From Bacteroidetes bacterium HGW-Bacteroidetes-7 (GTDB lineage: Bacteria; Bacteroidota; Bacteroidia; Bacteroidales; UBA932), in assembly GCA_002842465.1 (NCBI GenBank), contig PHDA01000013.1, positions 3,375-67,374 of the forward strand: a stretch of DNA of 64,000 nucleotides, in the 5' to 3' direction. Below, one piece after another: positions 39,273 through 48,538 of the stretch; the first letter of the stretch is position 1, and the number at the start of each line of letters is the position of its first letter. A program made the translations under genes and the position numbers. Under the pieces are notes generated by a model. That model was not told where the DNA came from and did not search any database. It saw only the letters and a program-made list of their open reading frames with translations.

Positions 39273-41009
39273 ATGGCCATAGATAAAAAGTGGATAGTAA
39301 GAGAGCCGGGCAACCCGGCACTGGTAAGACAACTTGCTTCGGAGCTTGGAATAGACCAGACTCTTGCAAACCTTTTAGTACAAAGAAACATAAAGTCACA
39401 ATCTGAGGCCAGGGCATTTTTAAAGCCCCAGCTTGACCAATTGCACGATCCATTTTTGATGAAAGATATGGACAAGGCTGTGGCAAGACTCTCAACGGCA
39501 CTTGAATCAAAAGAGAAAATTCTAATATACGGTGATTATGATGTAGACGGTACCACAGCCGTCTCTCTTGTTTACTCTTTCCTGAGAAAGTATGGCGAGG
39601 ATAATCTTGAGTACTATATTCCAAACAGATATACAGAAGGTTACGGGATATCATACAAAGGTATTGACTGGGCAAGTGAAAACGGATTCACCTTGATAAT
39701 TGCACTTGACTGCGGCATAAAATCTGTAGAAAAGGTTAATTATGCAAAGGATAGAGGTATTGACTTTATAATTTGTGACCACCATCTGCCTGACGAATTT
39801 CTACCCGATGCATCAGCAGTTTTGGACCCTAAAAGAACAGACTGCTCTTATCCCTTTGACGACCTGTCGGGTTGTGGTGTAGGATTTAAGTTTATGCAGG
39901 CATTTGCCTCCACAAAAAGCATCCCCTTTGAAAGTCTTTTGCCATTGCTAGATCTTTTGGTTGTAAGCATAGCATCTGACCTTGTATCTATTACGGGCGA
40001 AAACAGGGTGTTGGCAAACTTCGGTCTTAAACAGCTGAATCAATCACCTCGAAAAGGTCTGTTGTCAATAATCAAACTTGCAGGGCTGGAAAAACACATG
40101 ATTACAATTGATGATATTGTATTCAAGATAGGCCCCAGAATTAATGCTGCAGGAAGGATGGAATCGGGTAAAACCGCTGTTGATCTGTTAACCTCCCGCA
40201 ACGACAACGATGCAAGGATTATAGGAGATACAATCAATACACACAATAACGACAGGAAAAACGAAGACAGAAAAATTACACTTGAGGCCAGTGAAATGGC
40301 AGCAGCAGTTTCTGACTTTGCAAACAAAAAATCAACAGTTGTATATAACCCTGACTGGCATAAAGGTGTACTTGGAATTGTTGCATCACGCCTTGTTGAA
40401 AACTATTACAAACCAACAATAGTACTATGCCGTTCAAACGGCTTTATTACAGGCTCAGCTCGAAGCATCCCGGGATTTGACCTCTATGATGCTATCGAAA
40501 ATTGTTCTGATCTTCTTGAAAATTTCGGAGGACACATGTATGCAGCAGGCCTAACCCTTACGGAGGAGAATTTTGAACCATTCAGCCAAAAGTTTGAGAA
40601 GTTTGTTGCATCAAAAATTACTGCTGAAATACTCACTCCTGTTATTAATATTGATACATACCTTGATTTCAAGCAGATTACTCCAAGATTCTTCAATGTT
40701 TTAAAGCAGTTTCAACCCTTCGGTCCCGGAAATCTCTCACCTGTATTTATATCGGAAAGGGTTTATGATAACGGAAACGGAAGAAAAGTGGGTTCAGAAT
40801 CGGGACACCTTAAACTGGAGTTAATTCAGGAAGATGACTTCCATAGACATATCTCAGCAATAGCCTTCAACAGGTCTGAACATTTCGAGCACCTTAAAAC
40901 AGGAAATCCGGTAGATATCTGTTATTCAATTGCAGAAAATTACTACAGAGGCATTGCCAACCTGCAGTTAAGAGTGAGAGATTTTAAGCTTATTGAAGAC
41001 CCTATCTAG
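39273..41009 (+). CDS. recJ: Single-stranded-DNA-specific exonuclease RecJ
   Basis: DHH motifs (IYGDYDVDGTT, DCG, ICDHHLP) and the DHHA1 block GGHMYAAG. Confidence 0.95.
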   Translation: MAIDKKWIVREPGNPALVRQLASELGIDQTLANLLVQRNIKSQSEARAFLKPQLDQLHDPFLMKDMDKAVARLSTALESKEKILIYGDYDVDGTTAVSLVYSFLRKYGEDNLEYYIPNRYTEGYGISYKGIDWASENGFTLIIALDCGIKSVEKVNYAKDRGIDFIICDHHLPDEFLPDASAVLDPKRTDCSYPFDDLSGCGVGFKFMQAFASTKSIPFESLLPLLDLLVVSIASDLVSITGENRVLANFGLKQLNQSPRKGLLSIIKLAGLEKHMITIDDIVFKIGPRINAAGRMESGKTAVDLLTSRNDNDARIIGDTINTHNNDRKNEDRKITLEASEMAAAVSDFANKKSTVVYNPDWHKGVLGIVASRLVENYYKPTIVLCRSNGFITGSARSIPGFDLYDAIENCSDLLENFGGHMYAAGLTLTEENFEPFSQKFEKFVASKITAEILTPVINIDTYLDFKQITPRFFNVLKQFQPFGPGNLSPVFISERVYDNGNGRKVGSESGHLKLELIQEDDFHRHISAIAFNRSEHFEHLKTGNPVDICYSIAENYYRGIANLQLRVRDFKLIEDPI

Positions 41010-41015
41010 TTAATA

Positions 41016-41534
41016 CTAAATCAGAGTTATAATTTTTCCAACAACCTCGCTTATTGTGAGGTTATCTACATCTACAACCGCTTTTGAAACATCAAGATAG
41101 CCCGCCTCTCTAACCGAAAGCATATCAGATATCTTTTCTGACATCTGCTCAGTAGTAAGGTTTTTCATTAAAGGCCTGTTTTTATGGCTTTTAGCGATTC
41201 TGCTCTGCAATGTCATTTCATTTGCTTTGAGATAGATGCAGAATGTTTTTTCTTTAATTAGTTTCCTGTTTTTTTCAGAAACAAGAGCGCCTCCTCCTAG
41301 TGAGAGGATGTGATGTTGATCTTTATTGTCTGAGATGAAATGTTCAAGAGCCTCCTCTTCTATTTTTCTGAATTCGTCTTCTCCCTTTGTTGCAAAAATG
41401 GTCTCAATTGTCTGAGAACATTTGTGTTCAATAATTTTATCAAGATCGGTATACTTGCAATATAAAAACAATGATAGTCTTTCGGCAATTGTACTCTTAC
41501 CTACACCCATAAAACCTGTAAGGGCAATTATCAT
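41016..41534 (-). CDS. aroK: Shikimate kinase
   Basis: 172 aa with P-loop GFMGVGKST and the LSLGGGAL motif. Confidence 0.9.
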   Translation of the reverse strand: MIIALTGFMGVGKSTIAERLSLFLYCKYTDLDKIIEHKCSQTIETIFATKGEDEFRKIEEEALEHFISDNKDQHHILSLGGGALVSEKNRKLIKEKTFCIYLKANEMTLQSRIAKSHKNRPLMKNLTTEQMSEKISDMLSVREAGYLDVSKAVVDVDNLTISEVVGKIITLI

Positions 41535-41543
41535 AATTTTTTG

Positions 41544-44237
41544 TTAAAATAGGGTAGGCGATGAGTCTTTTTGAGGAGGGGTATCAGTTTGGTTGTCTGT
41601 TGAATCTGACTCAATTTCTTCTTCAGTATTTAAAAGATCAGATCCATTAGCTACAATCTCAATGTTAATCTCCTTTTGAAGAGGTTCAATAAATGCAACG
41701 GTTCCAACTTCGAATGTAGTAATTCTCTTTCCCTTTGCTCTAAAACTCTTACATGCAATAAATTCTTCTGCGTCAATTACTTCAGGCAAACGTTTAAGGT
41801 GTTTGCCAGTAAAATTAACCTCAATGCGAGGATATTTGTCGGAAGAGATGGCAACCAGATATGAACCTGGAGAGTCACCTATAAAAAGCTGCACTGTATT
41901 GTCATTTGGTTCGAAGCAGAATCTTTTGAGATAGAACGACGACTGCTCTCCATCAAAGTACACTGCAGTATAAATCTTATGATAATCAAGTTTTTCTATT
42001 GAAAAAATATCTCCCTGATATCTGTTGCTCAAATCAAAATTTGTAGTGTAGTATTCACCGTTTTTGCAAATCACCAAAATGTGGTCATCTGCCAAAAACT
42101 CTCCCAGAAATTGTCCCCTGGAATCTGTATTAAGTCTGTTAATGTCAAGGTCGAACCATATCGATTGCCCACCGAATTGTGAGATACCCTTAGACTTAAG
42201 CTGTATTTTATGAATTGGATTTTTGCTAAGGATATTACCCATAGAACCTCTGCCCTTTATAGCAAGCGCAGCAAAATCGAATTCAAAGATGAGTTTTTTA
42301 AGCTTTGGACGAGGTTTGAGGAATATCTTAAGAACTTCAGCCTCACCGTTTGGATTCGAGGTAAACCAAAGAATCTGGCTTCCCTCCTTACCCTGAGAAA
42401 TGTCGTACTCCTTATCTCTTGTTACACCGGTAACAGCAAATCTCTTTACAAAAACCTCCCCTCCCTTGCCATTACGGTAAACAGCGTTGTATATTGTTCT
42501 CTCATCATTTCTGACAAACACCCCAACATGAATAATATCTCTGCCCACAAATTGTTTTTCAGCAATTCTGGAAACAGAGTATTTACCATTTTTAAGGAAA
42601 ACTATAATGTCATCAATATCTGAACATTCGCATACAAACTCTGCATTTTCGTCTCTTTTGAGCTCCATTCCCACAAAACCCTCTGTACGGTTTACGTATA
42701 ATTTTGCATTAGCGGCAACAACTTTGGTTGCATGAATGGTTTCGAAACTGCATAGCTCTGTTTTTCTGGTGTATGCAGCCCCATATTTTTTCTTAAGCTG
42801 AGAATAATACTTGATTGTATATTGAGTAAGATGCTCAAGATTGTAATTAACCTCTTCCATCTCAGCCTCAATTTTTAAAATGGCATCCTCAAGTTGCTTG
42901 ACGTCAAACATAGATATTTTCCTAACAGGCTTTTCAACCAGCTTAAGGACATCTTCACGTGTTACTTCACGCTTGAGACTCTTCTCATATTTTTTAAGCT
43001 CTTCTTCGACAGTTGCAAGTTGATCTTCCCAGCTCTTAGCATCCTTCTCAAGCAAACGGTACACCCTCTCTTCAAAGAATATTTTCTCCAGAGAGGTGTA
43101 GTGCCAGCTGTCATTCAACTCCGCAAGGCGAATATCAAGTTCCATCTTGAGAAGCGATCTTGTTTTGTCGGTATTGTGCCGGAGTATAACATCAACCCCA
43201 ATGAAATGAGGATTATTCTCTACGATTACACAGGCATTAGGGGAGATTGAAGTTTCGCACTCGGTAAAAGCATAAAGGGCATCTATCGTTTTATCAGGAG
43301 AGACGTCGTTGTGAAGATGAACAACAATCTCTGCTCCATCAGAAGTATTGTCGTCAACTTTGCGGATTTTAATCTTTCCCTTGTCATTTGCCTTAAGGAT
43401 AGATTCAATAAGTTTAGTTGTTGTAAGACCGAAAGGTAATTCGGTAATGACAAGTGTTTTTTTATCTACCTTGGAAATTCTAGCTCTGACTTTTACAGCG
43501 CCACCTCTCAACCCTTGATTGTATTTACTGCAGTCTGCAAGTCCCCCGGTAGGAAAATCAGGATAGAGTTCGAAGTCCTCTCCTTTAAGATAGGCAATAG
43601 ATGCGTCAATAAGTTCGTTAAAGTTATGAGGAAGTATTTTAGAGGCAAGTCCTACGGCAATACCCTCTACTCCCATTGCGAGCAGAAGAGGAAACTTTGA
43701 CGGGAGGCTCACAGGTTCCTGGTTCCTTCCATCGTATGACTTCATCCATCCTGTAGTCTTGGGATTAAAAAGTACTTCGTTTGCAAATTTTGTCAGACGA
43801 GCCTCAATATAACGTGGTGCCGCAGCACTGTCACCCGTGAGAGTGTTACCCCAGTTACCCTGACAGTCAACCAATAGATCTTTTTGACCGATCTGAACAA
43901 GAGCGTCACCTATCGAGGCATCTCCATGCGGGTGGAACTGCATGGTATGACCAATAATGTTGGCAACCTTGTTGTACCTGCCATCATCCATTCTTTTCAT
44001 AGAATGGAGTATCCTCCTCTGAACAGGCTTAAGACCATCATCAATATGGGGAACAGCTCTTTCGAGAATTACATATGAGGCATAATCGAGGAACCACTCT
44101 TTGTACATCCCGGTTATCTTGTACCTTTTGTCTCCCTCGTTTATGAGTTTATCATACTTACTGCTCTCGGCCGTATCTTCAGAAATTTCCAAAGGTTCTT
44201 CCGCCTCGAAATCGAAATCAAGATCTGGGTTGCTCAT
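41544..44237 (-). CDS. parC: Type IIA topoisomerase subunit A, ParC-like (topoisomerase IV)
   Basis: The RRILHSM and HPHGD blocks, together with the rest of the sequence, fit a GyrA/ParC family protein (the catalytic Tyr was not mapped by eye). I saw no GyrA box (QRRGGKG-like) in the C-terminal domain, which favours ParC. 897 aa. Confidence 0.78.
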   Translation of the reverse strand: MSNPDLDFDFEAEEPLEISEDTAESSKYDKLINEGDKRYKITGMYKEWFLDYASYVILERAVPHIDDGLKPVQRRILHSMKRMDDGRYNKVANIIGHTMQFHPHGDASIGDALVQIGQKDLLVDCQGNWGNTLTGDSAAAPRYIEARLTKFANEVLFNPKTTGWMKSYDGRNQEPVSLPSKFPLLLAMGVEGIAVGLASKILPHNFNELIDASIAYLKGEDFELYPDFPTGGLADCSKYNQGLRGGAVKVRARISKVDKKTLVITELPFGLTTTKLIESILKANDKGKIKIRKVDDNTSDGAEIVVHLHNDVSPDKTIDALYAFTECETSISPNACVIVENNPHFIGVDVILRHNTDKTRSLLKMELDIRLAELNDSWHYTSLEKIFFEERVYRLLEKDAKSWEDQLATVEEELKKYEKSLKREVTREDVLKLVEKPVRKISMFDVKQLEDAILKIEAEMEEVNYNLEHLTQYTIKYYSQLKKKYGAAYTRKTELCSFETIHATKVVAANAKLYVNRTEGFVGMELKRDENAEFVCECSDIDDIIVFLKNGKYSVSRIAEKQFVGRDIIHVGVFVRNDERTIYNAVYRNGKGGEVFVKRFAVTGVTRDKEYDISQGKEGSQILWFTSNPNGEAEVLKIFLKPRPKLKKLIFEFDFAALAIKGRGSMGNILSKNPIHKIQLKSKGISQFGGQSIWFDLDINRLNTDSRGQFLGEFLADDHILVICKNGEYYTTNFDLSNRYQGDIFSIEKLDYHKIYTAVYFDGEQSSFYLKRFCFEPNDNTVQLFIGDSPGSYLVAISSDKYPRIEVNFTGKHLKRLPEVIDAEEFIACKSFRAKGKRITTFEVGTVAFIEPLQKEINIEIVANGSDLLNTEEEIESDSTDNQTDTPPQKDSSPTLF

Positions 44238-44259
44238 TTTTTAATAAAAAAAAATCTAT

Positions 44260-45168
44260 CTAGTCCTGGATGTACCCGAATTGTCTGAGTTTTCTGTCGT
44301 CTTCGCGCCAATCGGGATTTACTTTTACAAATATCTGTAAAAATACCCTTTTTTCAAAAAAGGTTTCCATATCTTTTCTGGCAAGTGTTCCAACTCTTTT
44401 TAGCGCCTCACCACCCTTGCCAATTAAAATTCCCTTCTGGGAATCTCTTGTAACATAGATAATTGCTTCTATATGATAGATGTCATCAGACTCTTTAAAG
44501 TTTTCAATAACAACTTCGGTACAGTAAGGGACCTCTTTCGAATAATTTAAAAGAATCTTTTCACGAATTATCTCACTGGCAAAAAACCTGAGATTTCTGT
44601 CAGTAAAGATATCCTTTTCGTACCAAGCCGGATTTTCAGGAATAATTTCCAGAATTCTGTTGAAAAGCGCATCAAGGTTAAATTTTTCCTGCGCAGAGAT
44701 TGGAAAAATCTCGGCATTTGGTAAAAGTTCTCTCCATGTGGAGTGAATTTCTTCCAATTCAACCTGATTGCTTAGATCAATTTTATTGATTACAAGAAGA
44801 ACCGGAATTGAGGTGTCTTTTAATCGGTTAACAAAGTCCAGGTTTTTCGTGCTTTTTTCAACCACATCGGTAACATAAAGTATAACATCGGCGTCCGAAA
44901 ATGCAGAACGTACAAAACTCATCATACTCTCCTGCAATTTGTAGTTAGGACGTAAAATACCCGGAGTATCAGAATAGACAATCTGATAATCTTCACCGTT
45001 TACAATTCCCATTATGCGGTGTCTGGTTGTTTGAGCTTTGGCTGTAACAATTGACAGTCTTTCGCCAACCAGCGCATTCATAAGCGTAGATTTGCCAACA
45101 TTTGGGTTTCCCACAATGTTGACAAATCCTGACTTGTGATTTTTTTTAGTTTCCTGAGAACTAATCAT
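44260..45168 (-). CDS. era: GTPase Era
   Basis: G1 GNPNVGKST, G3 DTPG, G4 NKID, and a C-terminal KH domain. The ATG at 45168 is preferred over the GTG at 45174. Confidence 0.93.
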   Translation of the reverse strand: MISSQETKKNHKSGFVNIVGNPNVGKSTLMNALVGERLSIVTAKAQTTRHRIMGIVNGEDYQIVYSDTPGILRPNYKLQESMMSFVRSAFSDADVILYVTDVVEKSTKNLDFVNRLKDTSIPVLLVINKIDLSNQVELEEIHSTWRELLPNAEIFPISAQEKFNLDALFNRILEIIPENPAWYEKDIFTDRNLRFFASEIIREKILLNYSKEVPYCTEVVIENFKESDDIYHIEAIIYVTRDSQKGILIGKGGEALKRVGTLARKDMETFFEKRVFLQIFVKVNPDWREDDRKLRQFGYIQD

Positions 45169-47155
45169 AGGCACCCATCTTTAGCAGAGATACCTCTACA
45201 TCGGTAAGAAAACGCCATTGTCCTCTTTTAAGGTTCTTTTTGGTAAGTCCTGCAAAAAAGACTCTGTCAAGTTTCTTAACCTTATATCCAAGATGTTCGA
45301 ATATTCTTCTCACAATCCTGTTTTTACCCGAGTGAATCTCAAGACCAACCTGACTATTCTCCCCATCTACATAGGAAAGAGCGTCTGCGTGAGCCTCTCC
45401 GTCTTCAAGGTTAATACCCTTAAGAATCATATCAAAATCTGATCCGGATAGATTTTTATCGAGATGAACATGGTATATTTTCTTTTGCATGTTTGACGGA
45501 TGAGTCAGCTTTTCTGCCATATCTCCATCATTTGTCAGCAATAATACACCTGTAGTAGATTTGTCAAGACGGCCAACCGGGAATACCCTCTGGCTGCATT
45601 TACCCTCAATCAGGTCCATAACGGTTTTATCTGCATTAGGATCAGACATTGTGGTTACAAAGTCTTTAGGTTTATTCATAACAATATAAACCTTCTCTTC
45701 TCCTTTAAGCCTCTCTCCGTTAAATCTTATATCGTCGTTATATGAAACTTTTATTCCAAGTTGAGTTACAATTTCACCGTTTATAGAGACCAAACCTGCC
45801 TCAATATATTCATCTGCCTCTCTTCTTGAGCATACGCCGGAATTGGCAATAAATTTATTTAGTCTTACGTTTCCTGTATCAGGTTTATATTCCTTTGGTG
45901 AAGTTTTGCTCTTTCTGACTCTCATTTTTGGAGTACGATCGCTCACAAATGAGTCCTCGTCAAAAAATGATTTATGTTGACCTTCTACGTAAGGTTTGCG
46001 CTCAGTTTCAAAAGGCTTTTGTTCTCCTTCGAAAGGTTTTTGCTCTCCTTCAAAAGGTTTACGTCCTCTTACAAACGGTCTGCGCTCGCCATCAAAAGGT
46101 TTACGTTCTCTGTCATATGGTTTACGCTCACCATCAAATGGTTTGCGATCTCTGTCGTATGGTTTACGCTCTCCATCGAATGGCTTACGGTCCCTGTTGT
46201 AAGGTCTGCGCTCACCATCAAACGGTTTACGCTCTCTGTCGTAAGGTTTACGCTCACCATCAAATGGTTTACGTTCTCTGTCAAATGGTTTGCGATCTCT
46301 GTCGAACGGTTTGCGAGCTCCATCAAACGGTTTACGTTCTCTGTCGTAAGGTTTACGCTCACCATCAAATGGTTTACGCTCTCTGTCAAATGGTTTACGT
46401 TCTCTATCGTAAGGTTTACGCTCACCATCAAATGGTTTACGTTCTCTATCGTAAGGTTTGCGCTCTCCATCAAATGGTTTGCGATCCCTGTTGTACGGTT
46501 TACGCTCTCCATCAAACGGTTTACGTTCTCTGTCGTAAGGTTTACGCTCTCCATCAAATGGTTTACGTTCTCTGTCAAATGGTTTACGAGCTCCATCAAA
46601 TGGTTTACGTTCTCTATCGTAAGGTCTGCGCTCACCATCAAATGGTTTACGTTCTCTATCGTAAGGTTTACGTTCTCCATCAAACGGTTTACGTTCTCTG
46701 TCAAATGGTTTACGCTCACCATCAAATGGTTTACGATCCCTGTTGTACGGTTTACGCTCTCTATCAAACGGTTTGCGATCTCTGTTGTATGGTTTACGCT
46801 CTCCATCAAACGGTTTACGCTCCCTATCATACGGTTTACGCTCTCCATCAAACGGTTTGCGTTCCCTGTCATACGGTTTACGCTCACCATCAAACGGCTT
46901 GCGCTCCCTGTTGTACGGTTTACGCTCTCCATCAAACGGTTTGCGTTCCCTGTCATATGGTTTACGCTCACCATCAAACGGCTTGCGCTCCCTGTCAGAC
47001 GGCTTCGCATCTCTGCGGGTGCGGTCATAGGGTTTGCGATCACGATCAGACGGTTTCGCATCTCTGCGTGTGCGGTCCGAGGGTTTACGATCGCTAGTTT
47101 TCGTTCTTCCGGTAGCTCTTGCTCCGGCACGACTTGTAGATTGATTGTTTCTCAT
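45161..47155 (-). CDS. rluB: RluB/RsuA-family rRNA pseudouridine synthase (S4 + catalytic domain, about 235 aa) with a roughly 430-aa N-terminal heptad-repeat extension
   Basis: The C-terminal part has the S4 domain (VRLNKFIANSGVCSRREADEYI) and the catalytic motif GRLDKSTTGVLLLTNDGD. Residues 22-391 are (E/D)RKP(F/Y)(D/N)(G/R) heptads. Confidence 0.9.
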   Translation of the reverse strand: MRNNQSTSRAGARATGRTKTSDRKPSDRTRRDAKPSDRDRKPYDRTRRDAKPSDRERKPFDGERKPYDRERKPFDGERKPYNRERKPFDGERKPYDRERKPFDGERKPYDRERKPFDGERKPYNRDRKPFDRERKPYNRDRKPFDGERKPFDRERKPFDGERKPYDRERKPFDGERRPYDRERKPFDGARKPFDRERKPFDGERKPYDRERKPFDGERKPYNRDRKPFDGERKPYDRERKPFDGERKPYDRERKPFDRERKPFDGERKPYDRERKPFDGARKPFDRDRKPFDRERKPFDGERKPYDRERKPFDGERRPYNRDRKPFDGERKPYDRDRKPFDGERKPYDRERKPFDGERRPFVRGRKPFEGEQKPFEGEQKPFETERKPYVEGQHKSFFDEDSFVSDRTPKMRVRKSKTSPKEYKPDTGNVRLNKFIANSGVCSRREADEYIEAGLVSINGEIVTQLGIKVSYNDDIRFNGERLKGEEKVYIVMNKPKDFVTTMSDPNADKTVMDLIEGKCSQRVFPVGRLDKSTTGVLLLTNDGDMAEKLTHPSNMQKKIYHVHLDKNLSGSDFDMILKGINLEDGEAHADALSYVDGENSQVGLEIHSGKNRIVRRIFEHLGYKVKKLDRVFFAGLTKKNLKRGQWRFLTDVEVSLLKMGAYD
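45983..47092 (-). repeat. 21-bp (heptad) coding tandem repeat array: 48 uninterrupted units plus degenerate flanking units
   Basis: Counted from the translation: 48 consecutive 7-aa units run from residue 56 to 391 (45983-46990). Degenerate DRKPSDR / TRRDAKPSDR units extend up to 47092. All six frames are open across the array. Confidence 0.95.
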
Positions 47156-47173
47156 TTATATTTTATTCGGGTG

Positions 47174-47181
47174 CAAAGTTA
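47174..47181 (-). promoter_or_regulatory. Candidate -7 box TAACTTTG for rluB-era-parC-aroK
   Basis: TAnnTTTG match 19 nt upstream of the rluB ATG. Confidence 0.45.
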
Positions 47182-47238
47182 TGTTAATAACATATATTTT
47201 CCTACTTTTACAGACTCATTAGATGTAATTTGTATCAA

Positions 47239-48519
47239 ATGTCACGCCTGGTAAGAATAATTTCAAAATTTGCAGGGTACAATCCTTTATTGAAGGAAAA
47301 TTTTAATGTATCTATCAAATCAATCAAAAGCAGCAAGCTTAGATCATCATTAACAATTATGATTATTGCAATCGGAATAACCTCCTTGGTAGGTATTCTT
47401 ACTGCAACAGATTCAATTAAGGCCCTTCTAAACGAAAATTTCGGGAAAATGGGGGCCAATTCATTTGCAATTCGTTCGAACTTTACCGACACACAAACTA
47501 CAAACCGTAAGGCCCGTGTATTAAACCGCCGAAATATCCGTTACAGTCAGGCTAGGGATTTTGCCGATAATTTCGAAATTCCTTCAATAGTAACCATATC
47601 TGCAACTGCAATTAATAATGCTACTATTAAATATGGCTCTGCAAAAACCAATCCAGTAATTAGGGTAATAGCTACGGATGAAAAAAATGCTGGATATGTG
47701 GGGGCAAAAATGGCAAAAGGGAGAAACTTAAATTTCAGGGATATTGAATCTGCCTCTTTTACCGCTGTGATAGGCTCCGGCGTAGCAACCTCTCTTTTTA
47801 AAGGGTCTGACGATCCTATAGGAAAGGTTATTTCGGTAGGAGCGGTAAGATATGAAGTTATTGGCGTTTTGGAAAAGCAGGGTCAAACTTTTGGAGGAGG
47901 TGTAGATAATCAGGTTTGGATACCGGTTTCAAACGCCAGATCAATTTTCCTTTCGGATAATTCGTTTTTTGTAATAGGTATTATTCCGGAACTGGGAGTT
48001 GATCAGAATAAGGCGATGGAGGCGGCAGAACAACTTTTCAGATCTATAAGAAGGTTAAGCCCCATTGATCAGTCTGACTTTAGAGTTACCAAGTCTGACG
48101 CCATGATGGAAGACATAATGAATATTATGAATTATGTTACAATTGCGGCGTTTTTAATAGGTGCCATAACATTGCTTGGTGCTGCCGTTGGTCTGATGAA
48201 CATAATGCTGGTATCTGTTAAAGAGAGGACTCGTGAAATTGGTACAAGAAAGGCACTGGGCGCAAATTCCGCTACTATAAAACAGCAGTTTCTTTTTGAG
48301 TCAATTGTAATTGGCCAACTTGGAGGGGCATTTGGAATTCTACTGGGAGTTTTGGTGGGTAACCTTACAGCAGTGCTAATGAAAAGCCCGTTTATTATTC
48401 CATGGTTCTGGATGTTTGCCGGAGTAATGGTTTGCCTGATTGTAAGTATTGCTTCGGGATATATTCCTGCAGTAAGAGCCTCAAAACTAGATCCGATTGA
48501 GGCGTTAAGATACGAGTAA
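47239..48519 (+). CDS. MacB/FtsX-family ABC transporter permease (no adjacent ATPase)
   Basis: N-terminal TM (KLRSSLTIMIIAIGITSLVG), a MacB-like periplasmic domain, and an FtsX C-terminal 3-TM block (ERTREIGTRKALGA). The ATG at 47239 is preferred over the TTG at 47230. Confidence 0.85.
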   Translation: MSRLVRIISKFAGYNPLLKENFNVSIKSIKSSKLRSSLTIMIIAIGITSLVGILTATDSIKALLNENFGKMGANSFAIRSNFTDTQTTNRKARVLNRRNIRYSQARDFADNFEIPSIVTISATAINNATIKYGSAKTNPVIRVIATDEKNAGYVGAKMAKGRNLNFRDIESASFTAVIGSGVATSLFKGSDDPIGKVISVGAVRYEVIGVLEKQGQTFGGGVDNQVWIPVSNARSIFLSDNSFFVIGIIPELGVDQNKAMEAAEQLFRSIRRLSPIDQSDFRVTKSDAMMEDIMNIMNYVTIAAFLIGAITLLGAAVGLMNIMLVSVKERTREIGTRKALGANSATIKQQFLFESIVIGQLGGAFGILLGVLVGNLTAVLMKSPFIIPWFWMFAGVMVCLIVSIASGYIPAVRASKLDPIEALRYE

Positions 48520-48538
48520 CTATCTATTCGAGAAGTTA

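Noticed and set aside
39250-39675. 141-aa and 72-aa ORFs on the - strand opposite the recJ 5' end.
   Set aside because: They are antisense to a well-supported recJ CDS, have no recognisable motifs, and have an odd composition.
45983-47092. Whether the regular 21-bp repeats could be a CRISPR array or a satellite.
   Set aside because: There are no unique spacers between the repeats. The period is a multiple of 3, the array sits in-frame inside a CDS, and variation is mostly synonymous.
45928-47254. Five additional long ORFs across the rluB repeat region: 45928-47097 +, 45974-47254 +, 45996-46202 +, 46743-47030 +, 46069-47130 -.
   Set aside because: They are side-effects of a stop-free 21-bp tandem repeat. 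Their products are monotonous (VYALHQM..., FTLSIKR..., NRLMESV...). Only the - strand frame continues into a recognisable S4 and pseudouridine-synthase domain and has a promoter box.
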